A program made the translations under genes and the position numbers. Source: Corallococcus interemptor (GTDB taxonomy: Bacteria; Myxococcota; Myxococcia; Myxococcales; Myxococcaceae). From it: a stretch of 18,411 nucleotides of DNA. Location: the NCBI RefSeq assembly GCF_050270115.1, contig NZ_JBNNJP010000025.1; one strand, written 5' to 3'. Of this stretch, positions 1 to 15,124 are shown one piece after another (position 1 is the first letter of the stretch; every line of letters begins with the position of its first letter). The notes under the pieces are model-generated. The model was not told the DNA's origin and ran no database searches. It worked only from the letters and a program-made list of their open reading frames with translations.

Positions 1-231
1 GCCGCCAGCCGGTCGCGCAGGAAGTGGCCGAACTCGTCGGAGCCCACCACGCCCACCATCGCCGAGCGCAGGCCCAGCCGCGAAAGCCCCACGGAGACGT
101 TGGCCGGTGAGCCCCCGGGCGATGGCTTCCAGGCCTCCACGTCGCGCACGCGCGTGGCACCACCAGCCACCGGGAGGAAGTCCACCAGCGTCTCGCCGAC
201 ACACACCACGTCCAGCGGTCCGGCTTCATGC
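1..231 (-). CDS. PfkB-family carbohydrate kinase (fructokinase/ribokinase-like), N-terminal 77 aa only; gene runs off the left edge of the window
   Basis: Reverse-complement translation starts at ATG (rc of 229-231) and reads MHEAGPLDVVCVGETLVDFLPVAGGATRVRDVEAWKPSPGGSPANVSVGLSRLG... This matches the PfkB N-terminal pattern (VGExxxD...GGxxxN, the GG motif). Not in the ORF track because it is truncated. Confidence 0.65.
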
Positions 232-266
232 ATGACGACCTCCCACTGAGGACCGCGCGCCGCCCG

Positions 267-1001
267 TCAGTCCAGGCCCACCTGCGCCATGAACTCCACG
301 CTCTTGAGCTTGCGGCCCAGGTGGTGCGCGATGAAGACGTTGAGCAGCCCGCGAGCCCGGGCACGCAGGTCCGCGGGCAGCGGCGTGCGCGCCCCTTCCT
401 GGAGCGAACGCAGGCCCGACAGCAGCGCCACCGGCACCGCCACGGAATCCCGTGCGCGTCCGCCACACGGCTCGCACACCGCGCCCCCATGACCCTGATC
501 AAACCGGGGCCGCTCGCCGGGCTGGCCGCCGCACAGCGAGCAGGAGTCGAAGCGCGGCATCAGTCCGGCCTGCGCCAGCGCCGCCAGCTCGAACGCGAGC
601 AGCGACGTGGGCCCGGCCTCCTTCGCGTCCAGCCGGTGCAGGTAGCCCTCCACCAGTTCGAAGAGCTCCGGGTGCGGCTCATGCTCGCGCGTGAGCTCGC
701 GGCACAGCTCCACCGCGTAGAGCGCCCGGGCGATGAGCGACAGGTCCTCGCGCGCGGCATAGAAGCCCGCGACGATGTCCGCCGAGTCCAACCGCACCGT
801 GCTGCCGCGCGTCTCCACGAGCTGCACGCGCAGCCGCATGAACGGCTCCAGCGCCCCCGCGAAGCGCCGCTTGCTCTTGCGCGCTCCCGCGGCGAACGCG
901 GTCAGCTTGCCGTGCTCACGCGTGAGCAGCGTCACCATCCGGTCGGACTCACCATAGTCGACCGTGGACAGCACGAACGCGTCGTCGGCGTACCGCTCCA
1001 T
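267..1001 (-). CDS. recO: DNA repair protein RecO (244 aa)
   Basis: ATG at rc of 999-1001. N-terminal OB-fold region (AFVLSTVDYGESDRMVTLLTREHGKL) plus a C-terminal Cys4 zinc motif (CSLCGG...CEPCGG) typical of RecO. The start overlaps an RBS (GAAGAGAGA) that spans the upstream gene's stop. Confidence 0.85.
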   Translation of the reverse strand: MERYADDAFVLSTVDYGESDRMVTLLTREHGKLTAFAAGARKSKRRFAGALEPFMRLRVQLVETRGSTVRLDSADIVAGFYAAREDLSLIARALYAVELCRELTREHEPHPELFELVEGYLHRLDAKEAGPTSLLAFELAALAQAGLMPRFDSCSLCGGQPGERPRFDQGHGGAVCEPCGGRARDSVAVPVALLSGLRSLQEGARTPLPADLRARARGLLNVFIAHHLGRKLKSVEFMAQVGLD

Positions 1002-1010
1002 GATCTCTCT

Positions 1011-1397
1011 TCAACGCGCCGCGGGGGGCGGAAGCTTCCCGGACAGCACCAGGAACAGGCCCGCGCCCAGGAGCACGACCGCCAGCAGCACGGCCAGGAT
1101 GAGGTACGCCCGCTTGCGCCGCGCCTTCTCGAGCTGCGCCGGGGAAGGCGCGGGCACCGCCCGGTCCACCTCCTCGTAGCGCAGCGCCGCTTCCTCCGGC
1201 GACAGGCCAATGACCTGCGCGTACGCGCGGATGTAGTTCAGCACGAACACGCGCTCGGGCAGCCGCTCCACCTGCCCCGCCTCCAGCGCCGCGACGAGGC
1301 TGGGGGGAATCTTCGTCTCTCGGGAGACGTCCTCGCGCGACAGGCCGCGCAACTCGCGCTGCTGGCTGAGGTATTTGCCGAAGTCGACGTGGTCCAC
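1011..1397 (-). CDS. Short HTH (XRE/HTH_25, RodZ-N-terminal-like) membrane protein, 128 aa, one C-terminal TM helix
   Basis: GTG start at rc of 1395-1397. The motif ...LSQQRELRGLSREDVSRETKIPPSLVAALEAG... is a cro/C1-type HTH like the RodZ N-terminus. It is followed by a basic stretch (RRKRAY) and a hydrophobic segment LILAVLLAVVLLGAGLFLVL. The stop lies 9 nt before the recO ATG. Confidence 0.6.
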   Translation of the reverse strand: MDHVDFGKYLSQQRELRGLSREDVSRETKIPPSLVAALEAGQVERLPERVFVLNYIRAYAQVIGLSPEEAALRYEEVDRAVPAPSPAQLEKARRKRAYLILAVLLAVVLLGAGLFLVLSGKLPPPAAR

Positions 1398-1418
1398 GGT
1401 CTTTTCGGGGCCCCGCGG

Positions 1419-2177
1419 CTAGAGGTGGTCCAGCAGTGAGCGGCAGTCGTCCTTGAGGCTCTGCTCGTTGGGCTGGGCCTTGGCCTCGCAGGCCGCGAAC
1501 GCCTTCTTCGCCTCGTCCGCCCGCCCGAGCTTCGCCTGACACACGCCTTCACGGCGGTAGGCGTCCGCCACATCCGGGCACTTCTCACGGTAGTTGCCGA
1601 ACTGCCGGCACGCGTCCTCCGTCTTGCCCGTCTCGTCGTAGATGATGCCCAGGTTCTTGTAGCCCAGGCAGAACTCCGGGTTGGTGGTGATGGCGGCCTT
1701 GATGTTCTGCACCGCGTTCACCGTGTCGCCCTTCTTGTACAGCGCCCAGCCCAGGTTCCCCTGCGCGGAGAAGCCGTAGCGGTACTGCATGTCGTTGAGC
1801 GACTGTTCGTAGAGCTTGATGGCCTCGTCGTAGCGCCCCTGGTCCAGGCGCAGGTTGCCCAGGTTGGTGCGCGCGTCGGAGAAGGTCGGCCGCAGCTTCA
1901 GCGCCTTCTCGTAGTGGGACGATGCCTCGTCCAGCCGCCGGAAGGACAGGTGCAGCAGGAGCGCCATCGCGTTGTGCGCCTCCGGGTTGTCCGGGTTCTG
2001 ATCCAGCGCCTTCTGGTACTCCGCGAGCGCGTCCTGCACGTGGCCGTGCTGCTGGGCCTGCACGCCCAGGTCGTAGTGGATCTCCGAGCTCCGGCGCTCA
2101 TTCTCCGTGGGGACGTGCGCGCAGCCCGCCGACGCGAGCGCGAACGCGAGGAAGCAGGAGGAAGTGATGCGGGACAT
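1419..2177 (-). CDS. tgl: TPR-repeat outer-membrane lipoprotein, Cys-rich; Tgl-like type IV pilus secretin (PilQ) pilotin
   Basis: Start chosen at the internal ATG (rc of 2175-2177), which gives MSRITSSCFLAFALASAGC... This is a signal peptide plus lipobox (LASAGC). The alternative would be the 300-aa ORF-track start. The mature protein (about 230 aa) has about 6 TPR-like repeats (AEYQKALDQNPDNPEAH..., YEKALKLRPTFSDA..., AIKLYEQSL...) and many Cys in the C-terminal half, as described for M. xanthus Tgl. Size is about 27-28 kDa. From memory, its position relative to rpoBC matches MXAN_3084. Confidence 0.6.
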   Translation of the reverse strand: MSRITSSCFLAFALASAGCAHVPTENERRSSEIHYDLGVQAQQHGHVQDALAEYQKALDQNPDNPEAHNAMALLLHLSFRRLDEASSHYEKALKLRPTFSDARTNLGNLRLDQGRYDEAIKLYEQSLNDMQYRYGFSAQGNLGWALYKKGDTVNAVQNIKAAITTNPEFCLGYKNLGIIYDETGKTEDACRQFGNYREKCPDVADAYRREGVCQAKLGRADEAKKAFAACEAKAQPNEQSLKDDCRSLLDHL

Positions 2178-2200
2178 GGGTGCCAATCCGGGGTGGAGGG

Positions 2201-2665
2201 TCAGAACGCGGCCAGGAAGCGGCCCAGGGTGGTGGCGACGTTGCGCTTCTCTTCGGCGCGGGCCTTCACGGCCGGCACGAGCGTGGGCTCCCGGAAGAAC
2301 ACGGGCAGCGTCTTCAACCACTCGTCCTGCTGCGCGGGGGCCGCGGCGCGCCAGTTCGCGTTGTCCATCATGAAGCCCAGCGACTCCACGAACGCGAGCG
2401 CGTCGTCCTCGTCCTCCCGCAGCTCGTCCGCGGACTGGATGCGCCGGCCGGACACGTACACCGCGCAGTCACCCGCCTCCACGAGGTACAGGTACACGAA
2501 GACGCCCGCGCCCTGCCCGCCCCGCAGCCCCACCACGAAGGCCTGCGCGGGCCCGGCCTGCTTGCCGGGGATGGCCACGTGCGGAGTGTTGAGGGACAGG
2601 TGCAGCGCGAGCACCTGGTCGCGATTCGCGGGAAGGCCCCGGTAGCGCTCGTCGATGGTGAACAC
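2201..2665 (-). CDS. Hypothetical protein, 154 aa, no recognisable domain, no signal peptide
   Basis: GTG start (rc of 2663-2665) preceded by AAGGGAG 7 nt upstream. The RBS sits immediately after the stop of the upstream gene (2689). The ORF shows the strong GC3 bias of the host. The protein reads MFTIDERYRGLPANRDQ... Confidence 0.5.
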   Translation of the reverse strand: MFTIDERYRGLPANRDQVLALHLSLNTPHVAIPGKQAGPAQAFVVGLRGGQGAGVFVYLYLVEAGDCAVYVSGRRIQSADELREDEDDALAFVESLGFMMDNANWRAAAPAQQDEWLKTLPVFFREPTLVPAVKARAEEKRNVATTLGRFLAAF

Positions 2666-2688
2666 CGTCGTCTCCCTTCCCGCGCACC

Positions 2689-3375
2689 CTAGCGGGTGGT
2701 GAGGGTGAACTCCTCGGTCGCGTCCTGCGCGTCCGCAGCCGTCTTCTGGAAGCGGATGAGGGGCGTGTCAATCATCACGTTGCCGCCGCCCTCGTTGCCC
2801 TCGCCGATGATCACCTTGAAGACGTTCCCGGTGGACGTGCTGCGGCGGCTGCCTGTGCTCTGCTTGCGGGCAATCAGCGTCACCGCGTTCGCGCCGGGAC
2901 GCAACTGGCTGGTGATGTCCATCACCACCTGGTCCTCGTTGTTGCGCAAACGACGCAGCCAGCGCGAGTTCACGTACACGTCGATGTCGAAGTCCGTCAT
3001 GCCCGGCGTCGTCTGCTCCGTCACCAGCCAGTAGCGCTGGGTGATGCGCCCCGGCGAGGCCGCGGGCGTGGCGGGAGCCACCGGCGCGGGGGCCTGCGCG
3101 ACGACGCCCGCGTCCGGAACCGCGGCGGCCGGGGGCGGCGTGGCGGGGGCCGGCGTGGCGGGCGTGGGTGTCACGGTCGTCACGCGGGCGGCATACCCGG
3201 GCGCGTCGATGTGGACGTTGCCTTCCGCGTCGATGCGGACGGTGGCCTTCTCGAAGCGCGTGTTCGTCACGCCGTCGATCTTCACGCCGTTGAGGAAGAC
3301 CGAACCGGCCAGGGCCAGCATGGGAACGAGCGAAGCCGCGACGGTGAGTGCAATGCGGGCGGACGGGCGGGGCAT
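2689..3375 (-). CDS. Secreted protein of unknown function, 228 aa: signal peptide, small N-terminal beta domain, Pro/Thr/Ala-rich linker, about 110-aa C-terminal domain
   Basis: ATG at rc of 3373-3375 with GAGGAGG 9 nt upstream. The N-terminus MPRPSARIALTVAASLVPMLALA|GS is a Sec signal peptide. A low-complexity TPTPATPAPATPPPAAAVP...APAPVAPATPAASP linker lies in the middle. The overlapping 2768-3403 ORF in the track is an Arg-rich alternative-frame artefact. Confidence 0.55.
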   Translation of the reverse strand: MPRPSARIALTVAASLVPMLALAGSVFLNGVKIDGVTNTRFEKATVRIDAEGNVHIDAPGYAARVTTVTPTPATPAPATPPPAAAVPDAGVVAQAPAPVAPATPAASPGRITQRYWLVTEQTTPGMTDFDIDVYVNSRWLRRLRNNEDQVVMDITSQLRPGANAVTLIARKQSTGSRRSTSTGNVFKVIIGEGNEGGGNVMIDTPLIRFQKTAADAQDATEEFTLTTR

Positions 3376-3537
3376 GGGGGCATTCCTCCTCAGGAATCCT
3401 CAACAGTCCCGGGAGCTTGCAAACGACTTAGCGCACCCGGGGGAGCGGGACAAGGCGGCGACGGCCCCGCTTGGAGCGCTCCGCCGCCCCGAACATTCAC
3501 ACCGGGGCCCCTCTTCCAGTCCGGCCGGGCCGGGCGC

Positions 3538-4299
3538 TCAGGGGGCCGCGGTCGGAGCCTCGTCGGGCGTCGGCGGAGGCGGCTCGCGCTGCGCCAGCGC
3601 CCAGTCCCCGCCCAGGCCATGGCCCTCGCGGAAGCGGCGGAAGTCGCGCCGCACGGCCCGGGGGTAGCGGCGGAACTTCTCCAGCTCCCCGGCCTTCATG
3701 GCGTCCCGGATGCGCGTGGGGCCCGCGTTGTAGGCCATCAGCGCCAGGTCCAGGTCGCCGCCGAAGCGGCCCTGCAGGTTGCGCAGGTAGCGGATGCCCA
3801 GGCGCACGCAGACGGCCGGGTCCGCCACCACCTCCTCGCGCGACAGCTTCAGGCCTTCCTTCTCCGCCAGGAAGTGCAGCGTGCTGGGCTTGATCTGCAT
3901 CAGGCCCCGGGCGCCCTTCTCGGAGACGGACTCCTCCTCGAAGTCGGACTCCACGTCGATGAGGGCCAGCACCAGCAACGGGTCATACCCCGTGCGGCGG
4001 GACTCCTCGTCGATGGCCTGCCCCAACCGCCGGCGCAACGTGAGCCCCAGGTCCGGGGCCCGCTTGGCCAGCACGGCGTCAATGAGCGCCGCCTCCTCGG
4101 AGACGGACTCCTGCGCCACCACCTCGGGGACCACGGACTGGGGGGAGGACTCCTCCAGGAGGGGCACCACCCGCGCGGACACCACGAGCGCCACACCCGC
4201 GAGCAGCGGGAGCCGGGAGCACCCGCTGCTCAGGGCATGCAGCCCCGCGAAGAACCGCGTTCCCAGCGACCTGCCGCCCGAGGCGGCGGGGCCACTCAC
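3538..4299 (-). CDS. Exported lytic transglycosylase, SLT domain (family 1, MltE/Slt-like), 253 aa
   Basis: The SLT signature motifs ...LALIDVESDFEE... (catalytic Glu-Ser), GLMQIKP and ALMAYNAGPTRI are present. The N-terminus has a basic n-region followed by the hydrophobic LPLLAGVALVVSA (signal peptide, or a possible atypical lipobox LSSGC). The start is assigned to GTG at 4297-4299, overlapping the stop of the upstream gene (GTGA). The start is uncertain. Confidence 0.75.
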   Translation of the reverse strand: MSGPAASGGRSLGTRFFAGLHALSSGCSRLPLLAGVALVVSARVVPLLEESSPQSVVPEVVAQESVSEEAALIDAVLAKRAPDLGLTLRRRLGQAIDEESRRTGYDPLLVLALIDVESDFEEESVSEKGARGLMQIKPSTLHFLAEKEGLKLSREEVVADPAVCVRLGIRYLRNLQGRFGGDLDLALMAYNAGPTRIRDAMKAGELEKFRRYPRAVRRDFRRFREGHGLGGDWALAQREPPPPTPDEAPTAAP

Positions 4300-4646
4300 T
4301 TACGGTGCTCCAGGGCCTGGATGCGTTCGTTCAGACGCTCCAGCCGGGCACCAAACGCCTGCAGCTCCTCGCGGCGGGGCAGCTTCAAGAGCGACAGCGC
4401 CGTGCGGACCCGCTCCTCCACGTTGTGCTCCAGGTCCTTGCGGTGCCCCGTCAGCCGCTCCGCGAACTCGCGGGCCTGACGCTTGACCTCGTCCTGGCTC
4501 CAGCCCGCGACGGACGCCACGCGCTGCACGGCGCGCGAAGCCTCCTCCTCCGCCGTGTTCACCGCCAGGAGCGCCTGGCTCCAGATCCGCTCGAACGCCT
4601 CCGCCACGGAGGGCTTCTCTCGGGGGGCCTCGGTGTTGTTGTCCAT
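4296..4646 (-). CDS. Phasin-family (PHA-granule-associated protein, PhaF/PhaI N-domain-like) coiled-coil protein, 116 aa
   Basis: Start taken at the internal ATG (rc of 4644-4646), giving MDNNTEAPREKPSVAEAFERIWSQALLAVNTAEEEA...LLKLPRREELQAFGARLERLNERIQALE. This resembles the phasin (TIGR01837-type) pattern ...EKYSRKIWLAGLGAY...LNLPTRxDVEALSKRVAELE. The product is recalled from family knowledge, not searched. Confidence 0.5.
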   Translation of the reverse strand: MDNNTEAPREKPSVAEAFERIWSQALLAVNTAEEEASRAVQRVASVAGWSQDEVKRQAREFAERLTGHRKDLEHNVEERVRTALSLLKLPRREELQAFGARLERLNERIQALEHRK

Positions 4647-4750
4647 GAAGTCGCTCCGGGAGTGACCCGGGCCCCTCCCCGTGGGAGGAACCCTGGGCAT
4701 TCAAAGGGGTTTGCGACCTAAGCACACCCCATGGGTGATGGAAACGCTGC

Positions 4751-5212
4751 TCAGGCGCGCGGAGAAGACGCCGCGCCGCCCGAATTCTTGGTCGAAGGGT
4801 GGGAGCGCCGGGTGGGCTTCAGGAGCACATCCAGCTTCTTCGACAGGCGGCCCAGCTCCTGGGTGATCTGCTGCACCTGGGACTGGCTGGCAACTCCCAC
4901 CGCCTCCACGACCTTCGCCTGGAGCCCATCCAGCCGCTTGCGCAGCTCCACGCCCGCCTCGTCCACCTTCTTCGTCAGCTCCTGGACGCGGGGGTCGGCG
5001 CGCAGCTCACCGGCCTGCACCTTCGTCCACAGGGCCTGGACCTCCTTCGCCGCCACCTGGCTGCGCGTCTCCAGGGCACGGAAGGCCTTGTTCGCCTCCC
5101 CCTCCAGCCCCTGGAACCGCTTCTGCGCCTCGGAGAACCGCCCCTTCAGGTAGGCCTCCACGTTCTGCGTCACGCCGTTCTTCTCAGCAGCCTTCGCACT
5201 CGTCGTCGCCAT
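4751..5212 (-). CDS. Second phasin-like coiled-coil protein, 153 aa
   Basis: Start at the internal ATG (rc of 5210-5212) with a GGGGGGGAG RBS. The ORF-track start MPGRR... would overlap the predicted promoter. The protein is Lys/Glu/Gln-rich and amphipathic (MATTSAKAAEKNGVTQNVEAYLKGRFSEAQKRFQGLEGEANKAF...ITQELGRLSKKLDVLLKP), similar in pattern to the C-terminal helix of PhaF/PhaI phasins. Confidence 0.45.
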   Translation of the reverse strand: MATTSAKAAEKNGVTQNVEAYLKGRFSEAQKRFQGLEGEANKAFRALETRSQVAAKEVQALWTKVQAGELRADPRVQELTKKVDEAGVELRKRLDGLQAKVVEAVGVASQSQVQQITQELGRLSKKLDVLLKPTRRSHPSTKNSGGAASSPRA

Positions 5213-5258
5213 GTCGCGCTCCCCCCCGGGTGTTCCGGGTCTCATAACGTGATGCGTC

Positions 5259-5286
5259 AAGATAACGCACCGCGACATGCTGTCAA
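5259..5286 (-). promoter_or_regulatory. Sigma-70/SigA-like promoter candidate for the phasin-like gene pair (-35 TTGACA, 16-nt spacer, -10 TATCTT)
   Basis: On the minus strand, TTGACA (rc of 5281-5286) is followed by a 16-nt spacer and TATCTT (rc of 5259-5264). It sits just downstream of the rpoC terminator and about 45 nt upstream of the ATG at 5212. Confidence 0.4.
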
Positions 5287-5307
5287 GCGAACAGGAAACG
5301 AAGTGTG

Positions 5308-5379
5308 CAAAACGAGAAAGCCGCCGCCCCGGCATGACACCAGGACGGCGGCTGACTCACGAAGCGTCAGGGACGCTTC
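5308..5379 (-). terminator. rpoC (rpoBC operon) rho-independent terminator: two hairpins, the second followed by a U-tract
   Basis: In minus-strand transcript order after the rpoC stop: hairpin GAAGCGTC-CCTG-ACGCTTC (rc of 5361-5379). Then AGCCGCCGTCC...GGGGCGGCGGCT (rc of 5319-5353) followed by UUUCUCGUUUUG (rc of 5308-5319). Confidence 0.6.
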
Positions 5380-5389
5380 TCAGGAAGCA

Positions 5390-9601
<4,212 letters not shown>

Positions 9602-9733
9602 GTTGCCTCCGAAAACTTATGAGCGCCCAAGGCGCCAAACGTTTCGGGCCCCCGCCCTGCGCCCGGCCAGCCGCTCCCTCCACGAGGAAGCAGCCAGCCG
9701 GTCAGGCGGGCGCACCGGCTTCTTTGAAAAGGC

Positions 9734-13960
<4,227 letters not shown>

Positions 13961-14027
13961 TCGGTCTCCGGGGACGGCTGCTCGGGCGGGGCAAACTTCA
14001 GTAACGCGCGGCGGCGCCGGGAAATTT

Positions 14028-14134
14028 GGCAAATGTCAAATGGGCAAAGCCGGTGCCCCAGCAAAGGGAGCACCGGCCTGCTCATCCGATCAGGCGGCTA
14101 CCCGGGATTTCCCGGAAGAACAGGGCAGCCCCTG
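14028..14134 (-). promoter_or_regulatory. rplL-rpoB intergenic attenuator region (partial-terminator hairpins)
   Basis: On the transcript after the rplL stop: small hairpin CAGGGGCUGCCCUG + UUCUUCC (rc of 14121-14134). Then an 11-bp hairpin CCGGUGCUCCC-UUUGCU-GGGGCACCGG (rc of 14050-14076) followed by the U-rich CUUUGCCCAUUUGACAUUUGCC. This is analogous to the E. coli rplL-rpoB attenuator. Confidence 0.45.
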
Positions 14135-14141
14135 TACAGAA

Positions 14142-14513
14142 CTACTTGATCTCGACGGTGGCGCCAGCCGCGGTGAGCTGGTCCTTGATCTTCTTGGCGT
14201 CGTCCTTGTTGACGCCTTCCTTGACCGTCTTGGGCGCGCCCTCGACCAGGTCCTTGGCCTCCTTCAGGCCCAGGCCGGTGATGGCGCGGATCTCCTTGAT
14301 GACGTTGATCTTGTTGGCGCCGGCGTTCGCCAGCACCACGTTGAACTCCGTCTTCTCCTCAACCGGAGCGGCGGCGGCGGCGGGGCCCGCGGCGGCAACG
14401 GCCACGGCGGCGGCGGAAACGCCCCACTTGGTCTCCAGCATCTTCACGAGCTCGCCCGCCTCGAGGACGGTGAGCTTCGAGAGTTCTTCAGCAATCGCGT
14501 TCAAATCGGCCAT
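14142..14513 (-). CDS. rplL: 50S ribosomal protein L7/L12 (123 aa)
   Basis: [32 protein letters not shown]..., Ala-rich hinge, C-terminal ...[50 protein letters not shown]. Confidence 0.95.
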   Translation of the reverse strand: MADLNAIAEELSKLTVLEAGELVKMLETKWGVSAAAVAVAAAGPAAAAAPVEEKTEFNVVLANAGANKINVIKEIRAITGLGLKEAKDLVEGAPKTVKEGVNKDDAKKIKDQLTAAGATVEIK

Positions 14514-14602
14514 GGAACTGTTCCTTCTGGTTGACTAACGGCCGGCGACCCATTTGGGCGGCTCGGCCGGAGAGGTTGCGGTAGAAATACTTCTCGGGAC
14601 GA

Positions 14603-15124
14603 TTACTGCCCCTGCGCCTTGTCCGCGTGCGCCTGGATGACGCGCGCGAGCTGCGACCCGGGGGCCGCGATGGTCCGGACCAGCTTGCCTGCAGGCTGGT
14701 TGAGCATGCCGAGCAACATCCCGCGCAGCTCATTGAGGCCCGGCAGCTTCGCCAGTGCCTTCACGCCGTTGGCGTCGACCCTGTTACCGGCGACGACGGC
14801 GCTACGGACCTTGATGGTCTCCATGTCCTTGATGAAATCCATCAGGATCTTCGCAGGAGCCACCTCGTCGTCGTAGCTGATGCACAGCGCCACGGGACCC
14901 GTGAAGTCATCCGAAATCGCGGAGACGGTCGTACCCTGAGCGGCACGGCGCGCCAGCGTGTTCTTGATGACCTTGTACTCGACCTGGCCCTCGCGGAACT
15001 TGCGACGGAGCCGGGTCACGGTCTCGACGTTCACCTTGGACGACTCCACGAGCACCGCGGTCTTGGTCCGCGCAAACTTCTCGTGAAGGTCCTTGATCAT
15101 CTCCTCCTTCTCGCTCTTCAGCAC
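14603..15124 (-). CDS. rplJ: 50S ribosomal protein L10 (173 aa)
   Basis: MLKSEKEEMIKDLHEKFARTKTAVLVESSKVNVETVTRLRRKFRE..., which aligns with bacterial L10 N-termini. GTG start (rc of 15122-15124) preceded by AAGGAGGTGA. The upstream out-of-frame ATG at 15143 belongs to an artefact ORF. Confidence 0.92.
   Translation of the reverse strand: MLKSEKEEMIKDLHEKFARTKTAVLVESSKVNVETVTRLRRKFREGQVEYKVIKNTLARRAAQGTTVSAISDDFTGPVALCISYDDEVAPAKILMDFIKDMETIKVRSAVVAGNRVDANGVKALAKLPGLNELRGMLLGMLNQPAGKLVRTIAAPGSQLARVIQAHADKAQGQ

Noticed and set aside
228-1439. 403-aa plus-strand ORF antisense to recO and the HTH gene
   Set aside because: Arg/Gln/Leu-rich antisense artefact. The minus-strand products (RecO with zinc motif, HTH protein) are clearly real.
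2768-3403. 211-aa minus-strand ORF overlapping the secreted-protein gene in another frame
   Set aside because: Arg/His/Gly-rich alternative-frame translation. The 2689-3375 frame has a signal peptide, an RBS at correct spacing and protein-like composition.
1914-4486. Plus-strand ORFs 1914-2645, 2180-2692, 3041-3667, 3211-4479, 3794-4486 antisense to tgl, the 154-aa gene, the secreted protein and the SLT gene
   Set aside because: Low-complexity Arg/Gly/Pro-rich translations that overlap well-supported minus-strand genes. Typical high-GC spurious ORFs.
9602-9733. rpoB-rpoC intergenic 8-bp palindrome AAACGTTT and short GC hairpins as a regulatory or processing site
   Set aside because: Too short and imperfect to distinguish from chance in a 132-nt GC-rich spacer. 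No U-tract or promoter-like hexamers.
14028-14049. TTGACA hexamer in the rplL-rpoB spacer as a possible rpoB promoter
   Set aside because: There is no acceptable -10 (TAnnnT) at 16-18 nt spacing. The hexamer lies within the U-rich tail of the attenuator hairpin.
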